NCBI GenBank assembly: GCA_965216315.1
Contig: CBDCFN010000016.1
Coordinates: 1,664,001-1,728,000, forward strand
DNA length: 64,000 nucleotides
DNA from: a bacterium
GTDB taxonomy: Bacteria; UBA10199; 2-02-FULL-50-16; JAJFLM01
Reading direction: 5' to 3'
Positions within the stretch are counted from its first letter, which is position 1. Every line of letters begins with the position of its first letter. Both the position numbers and the translations under genes were made by a program. Below, piece after piece: positions 18,856 to 28,858 of the stretch. The notes below the pieces were generated by a model. The model saw only the letters and a list, made by a program, of their open reading frames with translations, had not been told where the DNA came from and made no database searches.

Positions 18856-21800
18856 ATCTCCTCCTCCTGCGTGGATTGTGAAATTATTCGTGCGACCGAT
18901 TTACGACCAAAACGATAAAAGAGCGTTGGCGTCACGAGTATATCCAATAAGGTAGACGACAACAGGCCACCGACGATAACAACAGCCACAGGATAAAGGA
19001 TTTCTTTACCCGGTTCTCCTTTAGAAAACAAAATAGGCGTTAACGCCAGGATAGCAGTAAATGCGGTCATGAATACGGGAATAAGGCGTTCAAGTGTCCC
19101 CCGAATGACCATATTCAAATCAAAGGCCTCCCCTTCTTCTTGGACCAAATGAATATAATGACTGATCATCATGATGCCATTGCGGCTGGCAATACCGCAG
19201 AGCGTGATAAAAGCTATCAGGGTCGCCAATGAAAATACGCGTTCGGTGAGAAAAATAGCAATGATGCTCCCAATAAGGGCCAGAGGCACGTTCGCAATGA
19301 TTTGCAAGGTAAGTGGAACCGACCGGAAATGGAAATAGAGCACTAAGATAATCCCTAATAACGACAATGCCCCCAAAAAGAGAATCCGTTTGGAGGCCGC
19401 TCGTTGGCTTGCATATTGCCCCCCGTACTTAATAAAATAACCCGTCGGCAGTATCACTTCTTCCTGAATTTTAGCGCGAATATCCGCTACCAAACGTCCC
19501 AAATCGCGACCTTCCGAATTAGCCGAGATCGCCAAGCGTCGCAGCATATTTTCCCGATTGATCATATTGGGGCCACTGCCTTGATAGACGCTGGCCACAT
19601 CTTCAACATACACAGGAACACCATTGGGCAAAAAGCGGACTATGGCCTGCTGAATTTTAGACGGATCGGCACGCGATTGTTCATCAAAACGCATGAACAA
19701 CTCAAAATATTGTTGGTTTTCCAAGACCTGTCCCACAACACGACCATTCAAGGCCGCCTCTAGCTCTTCCGCTAACTTCCCGGTTGGAATACCACTCTTA
19801 CCGGCCGCTTGACGATCAATAGCGATTTTGAGCTGTGGCACTAAGACAAGCGGTTCCATTTGGATATCTACGAGATCTGGAACTGGCTGAATCGCATCGA
19901 CAATCTCTCCGCCAAGACGTCGCAGCTCACTGAGATCAGGGCCGAATAGCTTAATCGCAATTTGTGCCCGAATCCCGGACAATAAGTGATCGAGACGGTG
20001 AGAAATGGGCTGACCAATGTTAATCGTAATTTCCGAAGAAGTCGCCGCAATTTTTTGGCGTAATTCTTTCAAGACAATCGAGCGGTCTCTCCCCTCTTCA
20101 TGAAAATCAACATCGATTTCGTTCCAATAGACACCCTCAGCATGCTCGTCCATCTCTGCACGCCCGGTACGTCGCGTCGTCGATTTCACTTCAGGGATTT
20201 TCAAAATCGCTTTTTCTGCAAGATTGCCTAGTTCATTCGAGGCATCAAGAGAAATTCCCGGAGTTGCCGCCACACCAATAGTTGCCGTCCCTTCATTAAA
20301 TTTAGGGAGAAAATCCTGCCCCATGAAAGGCACAACACAAAGCACGGCCAAAAGCATGAATCCACACGATGCCATAATCAACTTGGGATGCCGGACCGCA
20401 TAACGGACTAACGTTTCAGCGCGTTTTTTTATAACTTGCACCAACTGAGAGTCCTTCGACTGTTGAATCACCTTGGAATGAGGCAAGAGGTAATAGCAAA
20501 GTACCGGTGATAGCGTCAGTGAGATGACAAGCGATGCGAGCAATGAAACGATATAGGCAATCCCTAACGGCACAAAAAGACGCCCTTCCATCCCACTCAA
20601 TGCAAAAAGCGGAATAAAGACAAGAATGACGATCAGCGTTGCAAAAACGATAGAATTACGCACCTCCGAGGATGCCGCATAGATAACGCGCAGCACTGGT
20701 TTGGGCTGCTGAGACTGGCTGTTTTCACGGAGACGGCGAAACACATTCTCCACGTTGACAATCGCATCGTCGACAACCTCTCCGATTGCAATGGCGAGAC
20801 CTCCGAGGGTCATTGTATTAATACTCAGGCCGAGAAACTTAAAAACAATACCGGTAATGACGAATGAAAGCGGAATAGCGCAAAGAGTAATGAATGTGGT
20901 ACGAGTATTGAACAAGAACAGAAAAAGTACCAATGCCACCATAATGGCACCGTGCAGGAGGGCTTCTTCCACATTCATGATAGCTCGATCAATAAAATGT
21001 GCTTGCTTAAAAAGGTCACTTCGAATAATCAGCCCGTCCGGCAGTGTCTTTTGAATATCTTGCAATTCCTGATCGATATGAAGACTCAGCTTGATCGTAT
21101 CTGTGCCCGGCTGTTTCTTAATCGTCATCACAACGGCTGGCGCTGCATTAATACTTCCGTCACCCCGTTTAATTTTGGCACCGAACTTGACTCGAGCAAT
21201 GTCTTTGACAAACACCGGCTTACCCAAATGCATAGCAACAAAGGAATTTTCGATCTCATCGAGGCTCTCGACGCGCCCGAGTGGACGGATTAAATATTCC
21301 TGAGTCTCAATATCAATAAAACCGCCGGTGGTATTGAGACTAATCTCTGACAAGGCGTGTTCGAGCTCTTCTAATGAGATGCCAAAATATTGTAGTTTTT
21401 GACTGGATACCAAGATTTGGTACTGCTTGACCTCTCCCCCAATCACGACAACTTGACTGATCCCGGAAATGGCCAGCAAGCGGGGACGAATGACCCAGTC
21501 GGCAATCGTGCGCAGCTCCATCGGCGACACATCGGTTTTTGGGCTCGTTAATCCGACAAATTGTATCTCACCCATTAACGACGTAATGGGCGCCATCGTT
21601 GGCTGCATACCTTCTGGCAATTGCCCCTGGAGGAGTTGGAGTCGTTCGGTTAATAATTGGCGGTTGCGATAAATATCAGTAGCCCACTCAAACTCAACAA
21701 CAACGATCGAAATCCCAATCCCGCTGTTAGAACGAACCCGAACAACACCCGGCACACCATTCATCACGGATTCGATCGGTATCGTGACCAAGGTTTCAAC

Positions 21801-21980
21801 CTCTTCCGGAGCGAGACCATGAGACTCGGTCAGAATCGTCACCGTCGGCCGGTTAAGATCGGGAAAAACATCGACCGGCAGCCGTGAAATCGTCCAACTA
21901 CCATAGCTAAAAGTAGCAATGGCCAAGACTAGAATGGCCAAGCGATGCTTGAGCGCATAGCGTATAACCGCATTTATCAT
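18852..21980 (-). CDS. CusA/CzcA family heavy-metal RND permease
   Basis: LPVDVFPDL, GLAPEEVE, AIAIGEVVDDAIVNVEN, RNGIMMI, ERLIPVFMTA; 1042 aa. Confidence 0.95.
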   Translation of the reverse strand: MINAVIRYALKHRLAILVLAIATFSYGSWTISRLPVDVFPDLNRPTVTILTESHGLAPEEVETLVTIPIESVMNGVPGVVRVRSNSGIGISIVVVEFEWATDIYRNRQLLTERLQLLQGQLPEGMQPTMAPITSLMGEIQFVGLTSPKTDVSPMELRTIADWVIRPRLLAISGISQVVVIGGEVKQYQILVSSQKLQYFGISLEELEHALSEISLNTTGGFIDIETQEYLIRPLGRVESLDEIENSFVAMHLGKPVFVKDIARVKFGAKIKRGDGSINAAPAVVMTIKKQPGTDTIKLSLHIDQELQDIQKTLPDGLIIRSDLFKQAHFIDRAIMNVEEALLHGAIMVALVLFLFLFNTRTTFITLCAIPLSFVITGIVFKFLGLSINTMTLGGLAIAIGEVVDDAIVNVENVFRRLRENSQSQQPKPVLRVIYAASSEVRNSIVFATLIVILVFIPLFALSGMEGRLFVPLGIAYIVSLLASLVISLTLSPVLCYYLLPHSKVIQQSKDSQLVQVIKKRAETLVRYAVRHPKLIMASCGFMLLAVLCVVPFMGQDFLPKFNEGTATIGVAATPGISLDASNELGNLAEKAILKIPEVKSTTRRTGRAEMDEHAEGVYWNEIDVDFHEEGRDRSIVLKELRQKIAATSSEITINIGQPISHRLDHLLSGIRAQIAIKLFGPDLSELRRLGGEIVDAIQPVPDLVDIQMEPLVLVPQLKIAIDRQAAGKSGIPTGKLAEELEAALNGRVVGQVLENQQYFELFMRFDEQSRADPSKIQQAIVRFLPNGVPVYVEDVASVYQGSGPNMINRENMLRRLAISANSEGRDLGRLVADIRAKIQEEVILPTGYFIKYGGQYASQRAASKRILFLGALSLLGIILVLYFHFRSVPLTLQIIANVPLALIGSIIAIFLTERVFSLATLIAFITLCGIASRNGIMMISHYIHLVQEEGEAFDLNMVIRGTLERLIPVFMTAFTAILALTPILFSKGEPGKEILYPVAVVIVGGLLSSTLLDILVTPTLFYRFGRKSVARIISQSTQEEEI

Positions 21981-22021
21981 ATATCACCTAAACTGAGATT
22001 TACCGGGAAAACAAAGACTAC

Positions 22022-22306
22022 TTAGGCTGAAAAAATAGGTGGGCGGAAAATGGAAGCAGGAATCATCCTAAGGATGATATTGAGCGAAGCATCTGAAATA
22101 TAGCGGACTTCATCGGAGGTCGTAAGCCCTTGCGCGCTTTCCTTTTGAGGAGCCAAATTATGAGAGGCACAGCATTGGATGCCGCAATGATGCTCCTGCT
22201 GTGGACCCTCAGCATCATGCTCTGCATGGAGCTCTAAAGCGGCGAAAAGAAACCCCAGGACAATCAATATCCCGAAGAACTTGGCCTGTCGGCGAAAACG
22301 CTTCAT
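22022..22306 (-). CDS. small His/Cys-rich protein with C-terminal FRPP (CzcI/DUF2946-like leader)
   Basis: N-terminal hydrophobic helix, HAEH...HHCGIQCCASH, ends SIFRPPIFSA; directly upstream of the RND gene. Confidence 0.6.
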   Translation of the reverse strand: MKRFRRQAKFFGILIVLGFLFAALELHAEHDAEGPQQEHHCGIQCCASHNLAPQKESAQGLTTSDEVRYISDASLNIILRMIPASIFRPPIFSA

Positions 22307-22413
22307 TAAGTAAATATTCAAGGGAGGCGCCTAAAATAGCAAGGGCTTAATCGAATAGTTCAATTATTCATTTATATTTCAATATATTATGCCGCATACC
22401 TCAATAAAAAGGT

Positions 22414-22917
22414 TTAAGGTAAAGCTCGGCCCATATGCAGCAAAAACTGTGCCTTACCCCAGGGATCTTTACGCGCCTCCTGCGCAAAGATTGCAAAACC
22501 TAGCCGTTTATAGAATTGGAGCGCTGCTTCGTTGGACTCAAAGCAGGATAGCTTGATCTCCCCGATCTGATACAGTTCCACGGCCTTTGCGACCATTGCT
22601 TCGACCAGAGCCTTCCCCCGTCCCCGGCCACGATATGAGGGGTGGATAATAAGATTACCAATCCAGGCTTCTTGGCCGGGCACAACATCATAAAGATTGG
22701 CAAAACCGATCACCTGACCGTCAACTTCCATGATCGTATTGCCTTCACGATTACGAAATTCCTCCGCTAAACAGTCTCGGGTTAACGTTGGCGCTAACTT
22801 GGGTGCAAAAAAGAAAATTTCTCGCTCATTTTGAGGGAGCTGACAAATAGACTCTAGGTCACTTTGACTTAATTCACGAATCTTCACGTCGAAATCCAAG
22901 GCATTGTACTTGACCAA
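22414..22917 (-). CDS. GNAT family N-acetyltransferase
   Basis: IIHPSYRGRGRGKAL; NEAALQFYKRLGF. Confidence 0.9.
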   Translation of the reverse strand: MVKYNALDFDVKIRELSQSDLESICQLPQNEREIFFFAPKLAPTLTRDCLAEEFRNREGNTIMEVDGQVIGFANLYDVVPGQEAWIGNLIIHPSYRGRGRGKALVEAMVAKAVELYQIGEIKLSCFESNEAALQFYKRLGFAIFAQEARKDPWGKAQFLLHMGRALP

Positions 22918-22972
22918 TCTGCATCCGTCTCAATATACGCATCTAACATACCCTAAAAAAGGAGATTGATCT

Positions 22973-23389
22973 ATGCTCAAGGAATTTAAGGAATTTGCAA
23001 TGCGAGGCAACGTCGTCGACATGGCCGTCGGCATCGTTGTCGGTGGGGCCTTTGGTAAAATTGTCGCCTCGTTTGTCAAAGATATTATCATGCCGCCGAT
23101 TGGTCAGTTTCTGGGCGGTGCGAGGTTCTCAGCTCTCTTCATTAACTTGTCCGAGACGCCGTACGCCACGTTAAAAGAAGCACAAGCCGCTGGCGCCGCC
23201 ACGATCAATTACGGTGCGTTTATCATGACAATTGTTGATTTCATCATCATCGCCTTTGCGATCTTCATCGTCGTCAAGGGCATGAATAGCCTTAAGAGAA
23301 AGGCTGGAGAGGCCCCGGAGGCACTACCGGAACCTTCCAACGAAGAGAAACTGTTAGGCGAGATTCGTGACTTACTGCAAAAAAAATAG
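22973..23389 (+). CDS. mscL: large-conductance mechanosensitive channel
   Basis: [20 protein letters not shown]...INYGAF...LLGEIRDLL. Confidence 0.98.
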   Translation: MLKEFKEFAMRGNVVDMAVGIVVGGAFGKIVASFVKDIIMPPIGQFLGGARFSALFINLSETPYATLKEAQAAGAATINYGAFIMTIVDFIIIAFAIFIVVKGMNSLKRKAGEAPEALPEPSNEEKLLGEIRDLLQKK

Positions 23390-23412
23390 AATCATGCAAC
23401 TCGCATTTGGGG

Positions 23413-24192
23413 TCACGATGAAGATTTAATCTTAATTTGCGCTCGCTGGGCTAAGTGCTGAAAGGCTTCCGTGTAGAGCAATGGCTCTTCAATTCCGAAC
23501 GGAAACTGCTTGGTCATCCAAGTGCTTCCATCACTAAACGTCACCTTATAATACGGCCGCTCCATTAACTTGCCCTGACGGTTCAGATAGTATTGATGAA
23601 AGGAGATTTCTTTGACCGTATCTAGCGCATAGATCCTTGGCTCACCTTTCATGAACTTATAGATGCTGACACCTTTAGCATGTAAATGAACCGCATTTTG
23701 GCTGATGTAAGTCAGGAAAAAAACCGCCACAATAATGATAAAAGAATAGAGCCCGATAAAGACTTTTTTAACATTCATCCGACTACGTCGCGATGATTCT
23801 TCTGCAAAAAGCGACGCTTTTTCCTCCCCTAAAAAAGCGTTCATCAGAAAAACACTCAACATTCCCCCTATCCCGAGCGCGGCAAAACCAATCCCCAGGT
23901 ACCAACTCCACGGATCCGGCACAATCAGTGTCTCACCAACCGTCAAAGAGGCCTGCTTCCAGCGGAGCCACCAACTATAACCTTGATAGAGCAGACTCCC
24001 CACCAAGAAGAGACAGGCGACAAATACCAGGCCAAAACCAAGCTGTGCCTTTTGGTACTCAGATTCACTTAAGGGCTGTTGAGTGGGTTTCTGTTGCGTC
24101 GAGCGCCGCGGAAAGTATTTACGCAGCAGCGCAAACGACAGCCACATCAAAAGAGCCCCGAGGGCTGTACTGATCCAACTTATGTAATCCAT
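23413..24192 (-). CDS. hypothetical membrane protein
   Basis: Four TM helices and soluble C-terminus; start at ATG 24192 assumed. Confidence 0.65.
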   Translation of the reverse strand: MDYISWISTALGALLMWLSFALLRKYFPRRSTQQKPTQQPLSESEYQKAQLGFGLVFVACLFLVGSLLYQGYSWWLRWKQASLTVGETLIVPDPWSWYLGIGFAALGIGGMLSVFLMNAFLGEEKASLFAEESSRRSRMNVKKVFIGLYSFIIIVAVFFLTYISQNAVHLHAKGVSIYKFMKGEPRIYALDTVKEISFHQYYLNRQGKLMERPYYKVTFSDGSTWMTKQFPFGIEEPLLYTEAFQHLAQRAQIKIKSSS

Positions 24193-24385
24193 AATAAATC
24201 CTGGTTGCGGCCACCCTACTCCTTCTCCACTGAATTTCAATAACTCTTTGACCCCACAGAATTTCTCTGAATAAGATCGCTTATATCTTAATGTCGAAGG
24301 TAGCACATTAGATTCGTTTACAAAAAAGTCAGAACCTAAATACAATTTGGTAATCCCTTATAGTGTTTGGGAAAAGTAAATCAAG

Positions 24386-25057
24386 CTATGAAGAAACGCA
24401 TCCGCATTGACCCATAATGCAATTACTAAAATAAATAGAATCTAGCTTTCCCTTCTTATTAAAGAAGAACGCAACATTGATGGCCTGAAATTCGCCCTTC
24501 TTAGGGTCCTGATAGCAGTCTTTTTCTTTACGGCGATCTCGCTCAATGACATAAATCATTTTCACCTCGTTTTGAAAGGTCGCATTGCCGAGCATTTTTT
24601 CAATATCGTGCGGTGTCGATTTTCCGAGTTGCAATTCCGGATACCGCGTTGAGAGCGGAGTGAAGTCTGCCTTTGAAAATACTTTTTCATACTTAATCGG
24701 TAATAAGTAGGGGCCTGCACAGGCATCCATTCGTTCGGGATCCCCGGTGAGCTTATAGATAAAGCCTTCCGTCTCCGAATCCTTACGCGTCAACTCGTAG
24801 ATTTTACCGTCCACTTTAAAGCAAAAACTTCTGTAATCAGCAAACTGAATTGTAGCCAGCTTAGGCTCTTTCATACGCTTGCTAAGCGTCTTATCGATAG
24901 CGGGTCCAAACTTACGTAGTTCCAGGCTGAGCAGCTTGGGAGTGATTCCAAAGAGATCAAAGCTCAGGATTTTAGGCGCAGCGAACGCTGGACTGACATG
25001 CCCTAAAAAAACCACGCAGCAAAATAGGCTTAGCAAACTATATCGATTAATCATCAT
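24386..25057 (-). CDS. hypothetical secreted protein
   Basis: Signal peptide ending SPAFA; LQLGKSTPHDIEKMLG resembles SmpA/BamE-like motif. Confidence 0.65.
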   Translation of the reverse strand: MMINRYSLLSLFCCVVFLGHVSPAFAAPKILSFDLFGITPKLLSLELRKFGPAIDKTLSKRMKEPKLATIQFADYRSFCFKVDGKIYELTRKDSETEGFIYKLTGDPERMDACAGPYLLPIKYEKVFSKADFTPLSTRYPELQLGKSTPHDIEKMLGNATFQNEVKMIYVIERDRRKEKDCYQDPKKGEFQAINVAFFFNKKGKLDSIYFSNCIMGQCGCVSS

Positions 25058-25072
25058 GACTCCATAGTTTAT

Positions 25073-26056
25073 TTAGCGACTCCACTCCAAAATTTGCTCA
25101 TAAACCTGCTGATGACGTGCCAGCCCCAAATGTGAGAGACCGTTAAAAGTCTTGTAATGCTCCATCAAAAAAGGAATGGACCGGGATTCTGCAAAACTCT
25201 GACCCGTGACACTTCTCGAAGGCACCACACCGTCGCCAAAATAACGCTTAAAGATATTGTCCGCTTCCTTCGCGAGCTGGGCGGCAATAACATAATAGTC
25301 GACCCCTGCCAGCAAGGGAACATGATGACGATTATCTCTAAGCAGCGCATCGGCATCTTCGTCCTGCCAATCCTCATCCAGAATATAGCCAAAACGCAGG
25401 TCCTTAATCCCGGCACTGCGCTTGTTGGCAATCGCGGCAATACCTTTGGTATAAAGATTGGGGACGGTTTGTAGTATCTTCGACGTTAGATTACCGAGCT
25501 TTTCGTAGTCCGTGCCTAGATGGGGCGATCCCAAGAGAAAGACCTTTTTGACTCGTTTGACCCAAGCAGCCTGTTCTTTTTGACCATAATGACAGGCACT
25601 CCGCACGACGAGTCCACCCATGCTATGCCCGATAAAAATAATTTCTCGAACAGGCGATGAGGGTTCCTCGCAAAGCTCACAGAGCAACTCCGAAAGATTC
25701 TGCCCATTCGTGGAGATATGGAGACCTGAATTATATCTTAAATAGAGCGGACTATAACCCAGCTCTTTTTGGAGCAACGAACCATAGTTTCGGTCCGGAT
25801 CATCCGGAAAGTTCCAGGTATCCTCCGAATCACACAGGCCATGCACCAAGATACAGGCCTTGCCATCCTGAATTTCACCAATGAGACTCATCTCGATCGC
25901 AAGTGGGCTGCCTTTTAAAGCAAGTGAGTCCCCGATCACGCCATTGAGTGCCGAGATATAACGGTGCTTATTCTCGGGTACGGTCTGTAACGTCCCCCAT
26001 GACGCCCGCGCACCCTCCTCAATGATCTTGAATAAACTATTAAGATTTCCGCCCAT
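25073..26056 (-). CDS. alpha/beta hydrolase, PGAP1/lipase-like
   Basis: LVHGLC, LRYNSGLHISTNG, GHSMGGLVVRSA, LGSPHLG, GDGVVP, H. Confidence 0.88.
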   Translation of the reverse strand: MGGNLNSLFKIIEEGARASWGTLQTVPENKHRYISALNGVIGDSLALKGSPLAIEMSLIGEIQDGKACILVHGLCDSEDTWNFPDDPDRNYGSLLQKELGYSPLYLRYNSGLHISTNGQNLSELLCELCEEPSSPVREIIFIGHSMGGLVVRSACHYGQKEQAAWVKRVKKVFLLGSPHLGTDYEKLGNLTSKILQTVPNLYTKGIAAIANKRSAGIKDLRFGYILDEDWQDEDADALLRDNRHHVPLLAGVDYYVIAAQLAKEADNIFKRYFGDGVVPSRSVTGQSFAESRSIPFLMEHYKTFNGLSHLGLARHQQVYEQILEWSR

Positions 26057-26073
26057 AACCCTAGCAGGCCCGC

Positions 26074-26982
26074 CTATCGGGTATTTGTCAAGGCCATCCC
26101 CTCAATCGCGGCTTCCTTGCCCTGCCAGATCTCATTCAACCAACGCTGATACTGCTCGCGAGCACCCGGATCATTGATATAGTCTTGCTGGGCGAGTTCC
26201 ATTGGAAAGGGGAGCGGCTTGATAGAAACCGTAATCTTGCGGATTTTTCCGGCCATCAAATCCCAAAAACTCACCGTTTCAGGATCATAGAAAAGAGTGA
26301 CATCCAAGAGAACTTTGAGATTTTCTTTCATCTCGGTAAGCGCCATTGCAACCCCTCCAACACGCGGCTTTAAGAGATATTGAAACGGAGGCTCTTGCTT
26401 GCGATGTTTTTCTATCGAAAACCGTGTCCCCTCCGGAAAGGCAATGATACACACGGGGTATCGGTTAAACTTCTGACAGGAGCGCCCTATCCTCGCTAGA
26501 TCCTGACCCATTAATTCCGGTTTCTCCACCAATTGCTGACGCGTGTAACGGTCTAAAAATGGGTAGTCCAAAGCCTCCCAGCAATAGCCCATAATCGGAA
26601 CCTTTCTGAGCTGCTGTTTTAAAAAATATTTAATGAAGGGAGATTTACGATGCAGACAATGAAAAAGCACAAAGATATCTACCCAAGAACGATGATTGGA
26701 AAGGACAAAGACCCACTCACTCCTGTCGGGAATAGCCTCGCTCCCACGAACGTCCCATTCAATTTTCTGGGTCATAAAAAGGATAAAATCGTTAACATAG
26801 TGCCAGCAGTTCACGATTTGATCCAGCCATCTCGAATATAGGGCGTGTCGCTTGGGATCTTTGGTCCAGCGCTTCAGGAGAGAAACGACATAAAAGGGAA
26901 AGCACGCGGTTGCAATAATGTTCAGAATAATAAGAAATAGTGACAACGGCCCCAATAGAAATGACGGTAAGAAATGCAGCAT
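26074..26982 (-). CDS. acyltransferase (PlsC/YihG-like)
   Basis: NHRSWVD (HX4D), FLKQQL, FPEGTRF, LLKPR. Confidence 0.92.
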   Translation of the reverse strand: MLHFLPSFLLGPLSLFLIILNIIATACFPFYVVSLLKRWTKDPKRHALYSRWLDQIVNCWHYVNDFILFMTQKIEWDVRGSEAIPDRSEWVFVLSNHRSWVDIFVLFHCLHRKSPFIKYFLKQQLRKVPIMGYCWEALDYPFLDRYTRQQLVEKPELMGQDLARIGRSCQKFNRYPVCIIAFPEGTRFSIEKHRKQEPPFQYLLKPRVGGVAMALTEMKENLKVLLDVTLFYDPETVSFWDLMAGKIRKITVSIKPLPFPMELAQQDYINDPGAREQYQRWLNEIWQGKEAAIEGMALTNTR

Positions 26983-27005
26983 AGATGGATAAATTACTCA
27001 CTTCA

Positions 27006-28136
27006 CTACTTTATAAGTGAGCAACCTCCGCTGGACCCACTATTAGTCGCACAATCAGCCGCACAGGAGGCCTCCGTCTCTCCGACTTCACAAGAACCAT
27101 TGCCACAGACAGTCTCGCTGCCAGCACAATCCTCGACGCAAGATGACACCGTTTCGTCATCATCACAGACATCATCGCCACAAACAGAACCGCTAGACGT
27201 CACGCAATCAGCGGGACAGGTCGCAGAGGTTTCCGGGTCCACACAAATATTGTTACCACATATTTCACCGCTTCCACCGCAGTCTTCTGCGCAGGAAGTT
27301 ACCGTCTCGTCTCCCTCACACACATCATTGCCACAAACCGATCCGACAGAGCAATCTTGGGGGCAATTCGAAGCATTCTCACCGCTGTTGCAAAAGCCAT
27401 TGCCGCACAGCCCGCCTCCTCCGCCGCCACCCCCACCGCAATCATCAGGACAGTTCGAGCTATTCTCGCCCGGCTCACAATCCCCATTGCCGCATACAGC
27501 CGGACAATCGGCAGGGCAGGTCGCATTCGTCTCTCCACAATCGCAGGAAGCATTTCCACAGGCGACCGTTCCAACCAGCGTCGACGTGCCTGCATTATTG
27601 GTGACACTGACTTCATCACAATCCAAGTCGACGAAACTATCATCGTCATTCCGACTCAATGACTGAATGGCTTCATGATTTCCGCCCGTCCAGCCACTGA
27701 CCTGTGAACTCTCAACAGTATCGACTTCACAAGGAGTGCCGCCACCACAATTGGGAGTTCCTGCCGCAATATAAAAAGCAATGTTAACATTGGCATCAAA
27801 ATTAGCGCACTCTGAATTACCAAAACTAAGATCTCCAGCAACGCTGGCAAAAGATTCAAAGCCGGAGCTCGCGGCTAATATCTTGTCGCCATCATTGTGA
27901 TTACCACTATTAAGCGTCGAGGCGAAAGACCCGAAAGCAACCAAAGTAGAGCTATCTTTGCGGATTTCATCTGCAGCGTCGAATTGATCTTGATTGTTAC
28001 TAAATATCTCCATCTCAACCGCACACTCGGTATTACTGAGCTTCACTATGCGACTGATAAAAACGTCGTGATGAACGGCAAACGCAGTCTGAGGGCAAGA
28101 TAAGCACCCTATCAAAACTATTAATAATTTTTTCAT
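27006..28136 (-). CDS. secreted Cys-rich repeat protein ending GGCSLIK
   Basis: Signal peptide; about 7 repeats of CG[ND]xxCxxxExxxxCxxDC; poly-Gly linker; GGAGGGAG RBS. Confidence 0.85.
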   Translation of the reverse strand: MKKLLIVLIGCLSCPQTAFAVHHDVFISRIVKLSNTECAVEMEIFSNNQDQFDAADEIRKDSSTLVAFGSFASTLNSGNHNDGDKILAASSGFESFASVAGDLSFGNSECANFDANVNIAFYIAAGTPNCGGGTPCEVDTVESSQVSGWTGGNHEAIQSLSRNDDDSFVDLDCDEVSVTNNAGTSTLVGTVACGNASCDCGETNATCPADCPAVCGNGDCEPGENSSNCPDDCGGGGGGGGGLCGNGFCNSGENASNCPQDCSVGSVCGNDVCEGDETVTSCAEDCGGSGEICGNNICVDPETSATCPADCVTSSGSVCGDDVCDDDETVSSCVEDCAGSETVCGNGSCEVGETEASCAADCATNSGSSGGCSLIK

Positions 28137-28248
28137 GTGCTCCCTCCTACATGGCTTCACACAATCATAACCTGGACTCTACGTAAAGGATAATGAGTTA
28201 TCACGTAAAAGTTGACTTCACTTGAGTCCTGAGCCTTATGATCCTACA

Positions 28249-28797
28249 ATGTTTCGCACACTCATGGTGATTTTGTGGTGCGTTCTACTCTTCACGTCAA
28301 AAGTCTGGAGCCAAGAGGCGCTCGTTCCTCGCGGAACTCATGTCTTAACTCCAGCCCTTTCCGTCTCTCGCTCCCTCGGGCCGAACGACGGATGGGTCCC
28401 CGGCTTTAACTTTTCTTATGCCTACTTTCTAAAGGATTGGCTCCAAGCCGAAGGCGGAATTCAGTTCGAATACGGTTTCACGGATAATCAATTCTATGCC
28501 GGCAGCGCCTTGGGAGGCATCTCCTTCTTTTACAACCGTGGCTCGTGGGTCCTTCCCTTTGGCGGTTTTCGCATGGGCCTCGGCGCGTTACGCGAAAATG
28601 ACAGTTCGGGAGGAGTACAGAACCGAATGACCGTGACATTAGCACCCAAAGTCGGCGTGCTCTTTCGTGTCTCTAAGCTGATCGGAATTTACACCCATGT
28701 CGAATACCAACGTGTCTTTGTCATCGGCGACGAAAGGCAAGGCTACGAGGACCTCAACCTGCTGCGGATACCCGTCGGCGTTTCTTTTATGTTCTGA
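28249..28797 (+). CDS. outer-membrane beta-barrel protein
   Basis: Signal peptide, alternating aromatic strands, C-terminal VGVSFMF. Confidence 0.8.
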   Translation: MFRTLMVILWCVLLFTSKVWSQEALVPRGTHVLTPALSVSRSLGPNDGWVPGFNFSYAYFLKDWLQAEGGIQFEYGFTDNQFYAGSALGGISFFYNRGSWVLPFGGFRMGLGALRENDSSGGVQNRMTVTLAPKVGVLFRVSKLIGIYTHVEYQRVFVIGDERQGYEDLNLLRIPVGVSFMF

Positions 28798-28858
28798 ATC
28801 AAGTCCCATACCGCAATCAGTTGCTCCATCAGAGAATATATGCTTTCATAACGGTTCA

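Noticed and set aside
24386..24420. C-terminus QCGCVSS* as another CaaX-like tag
   Set aside because: Lacks the Gly run and SLI[RK]; single instance; the cysteines are more likely structural
26974..27666. Pro/Gln/Ser-rich 230-aa ORF on the plus strand
   Set aside because: Antisense shadow of the Cys-rich repeat gene
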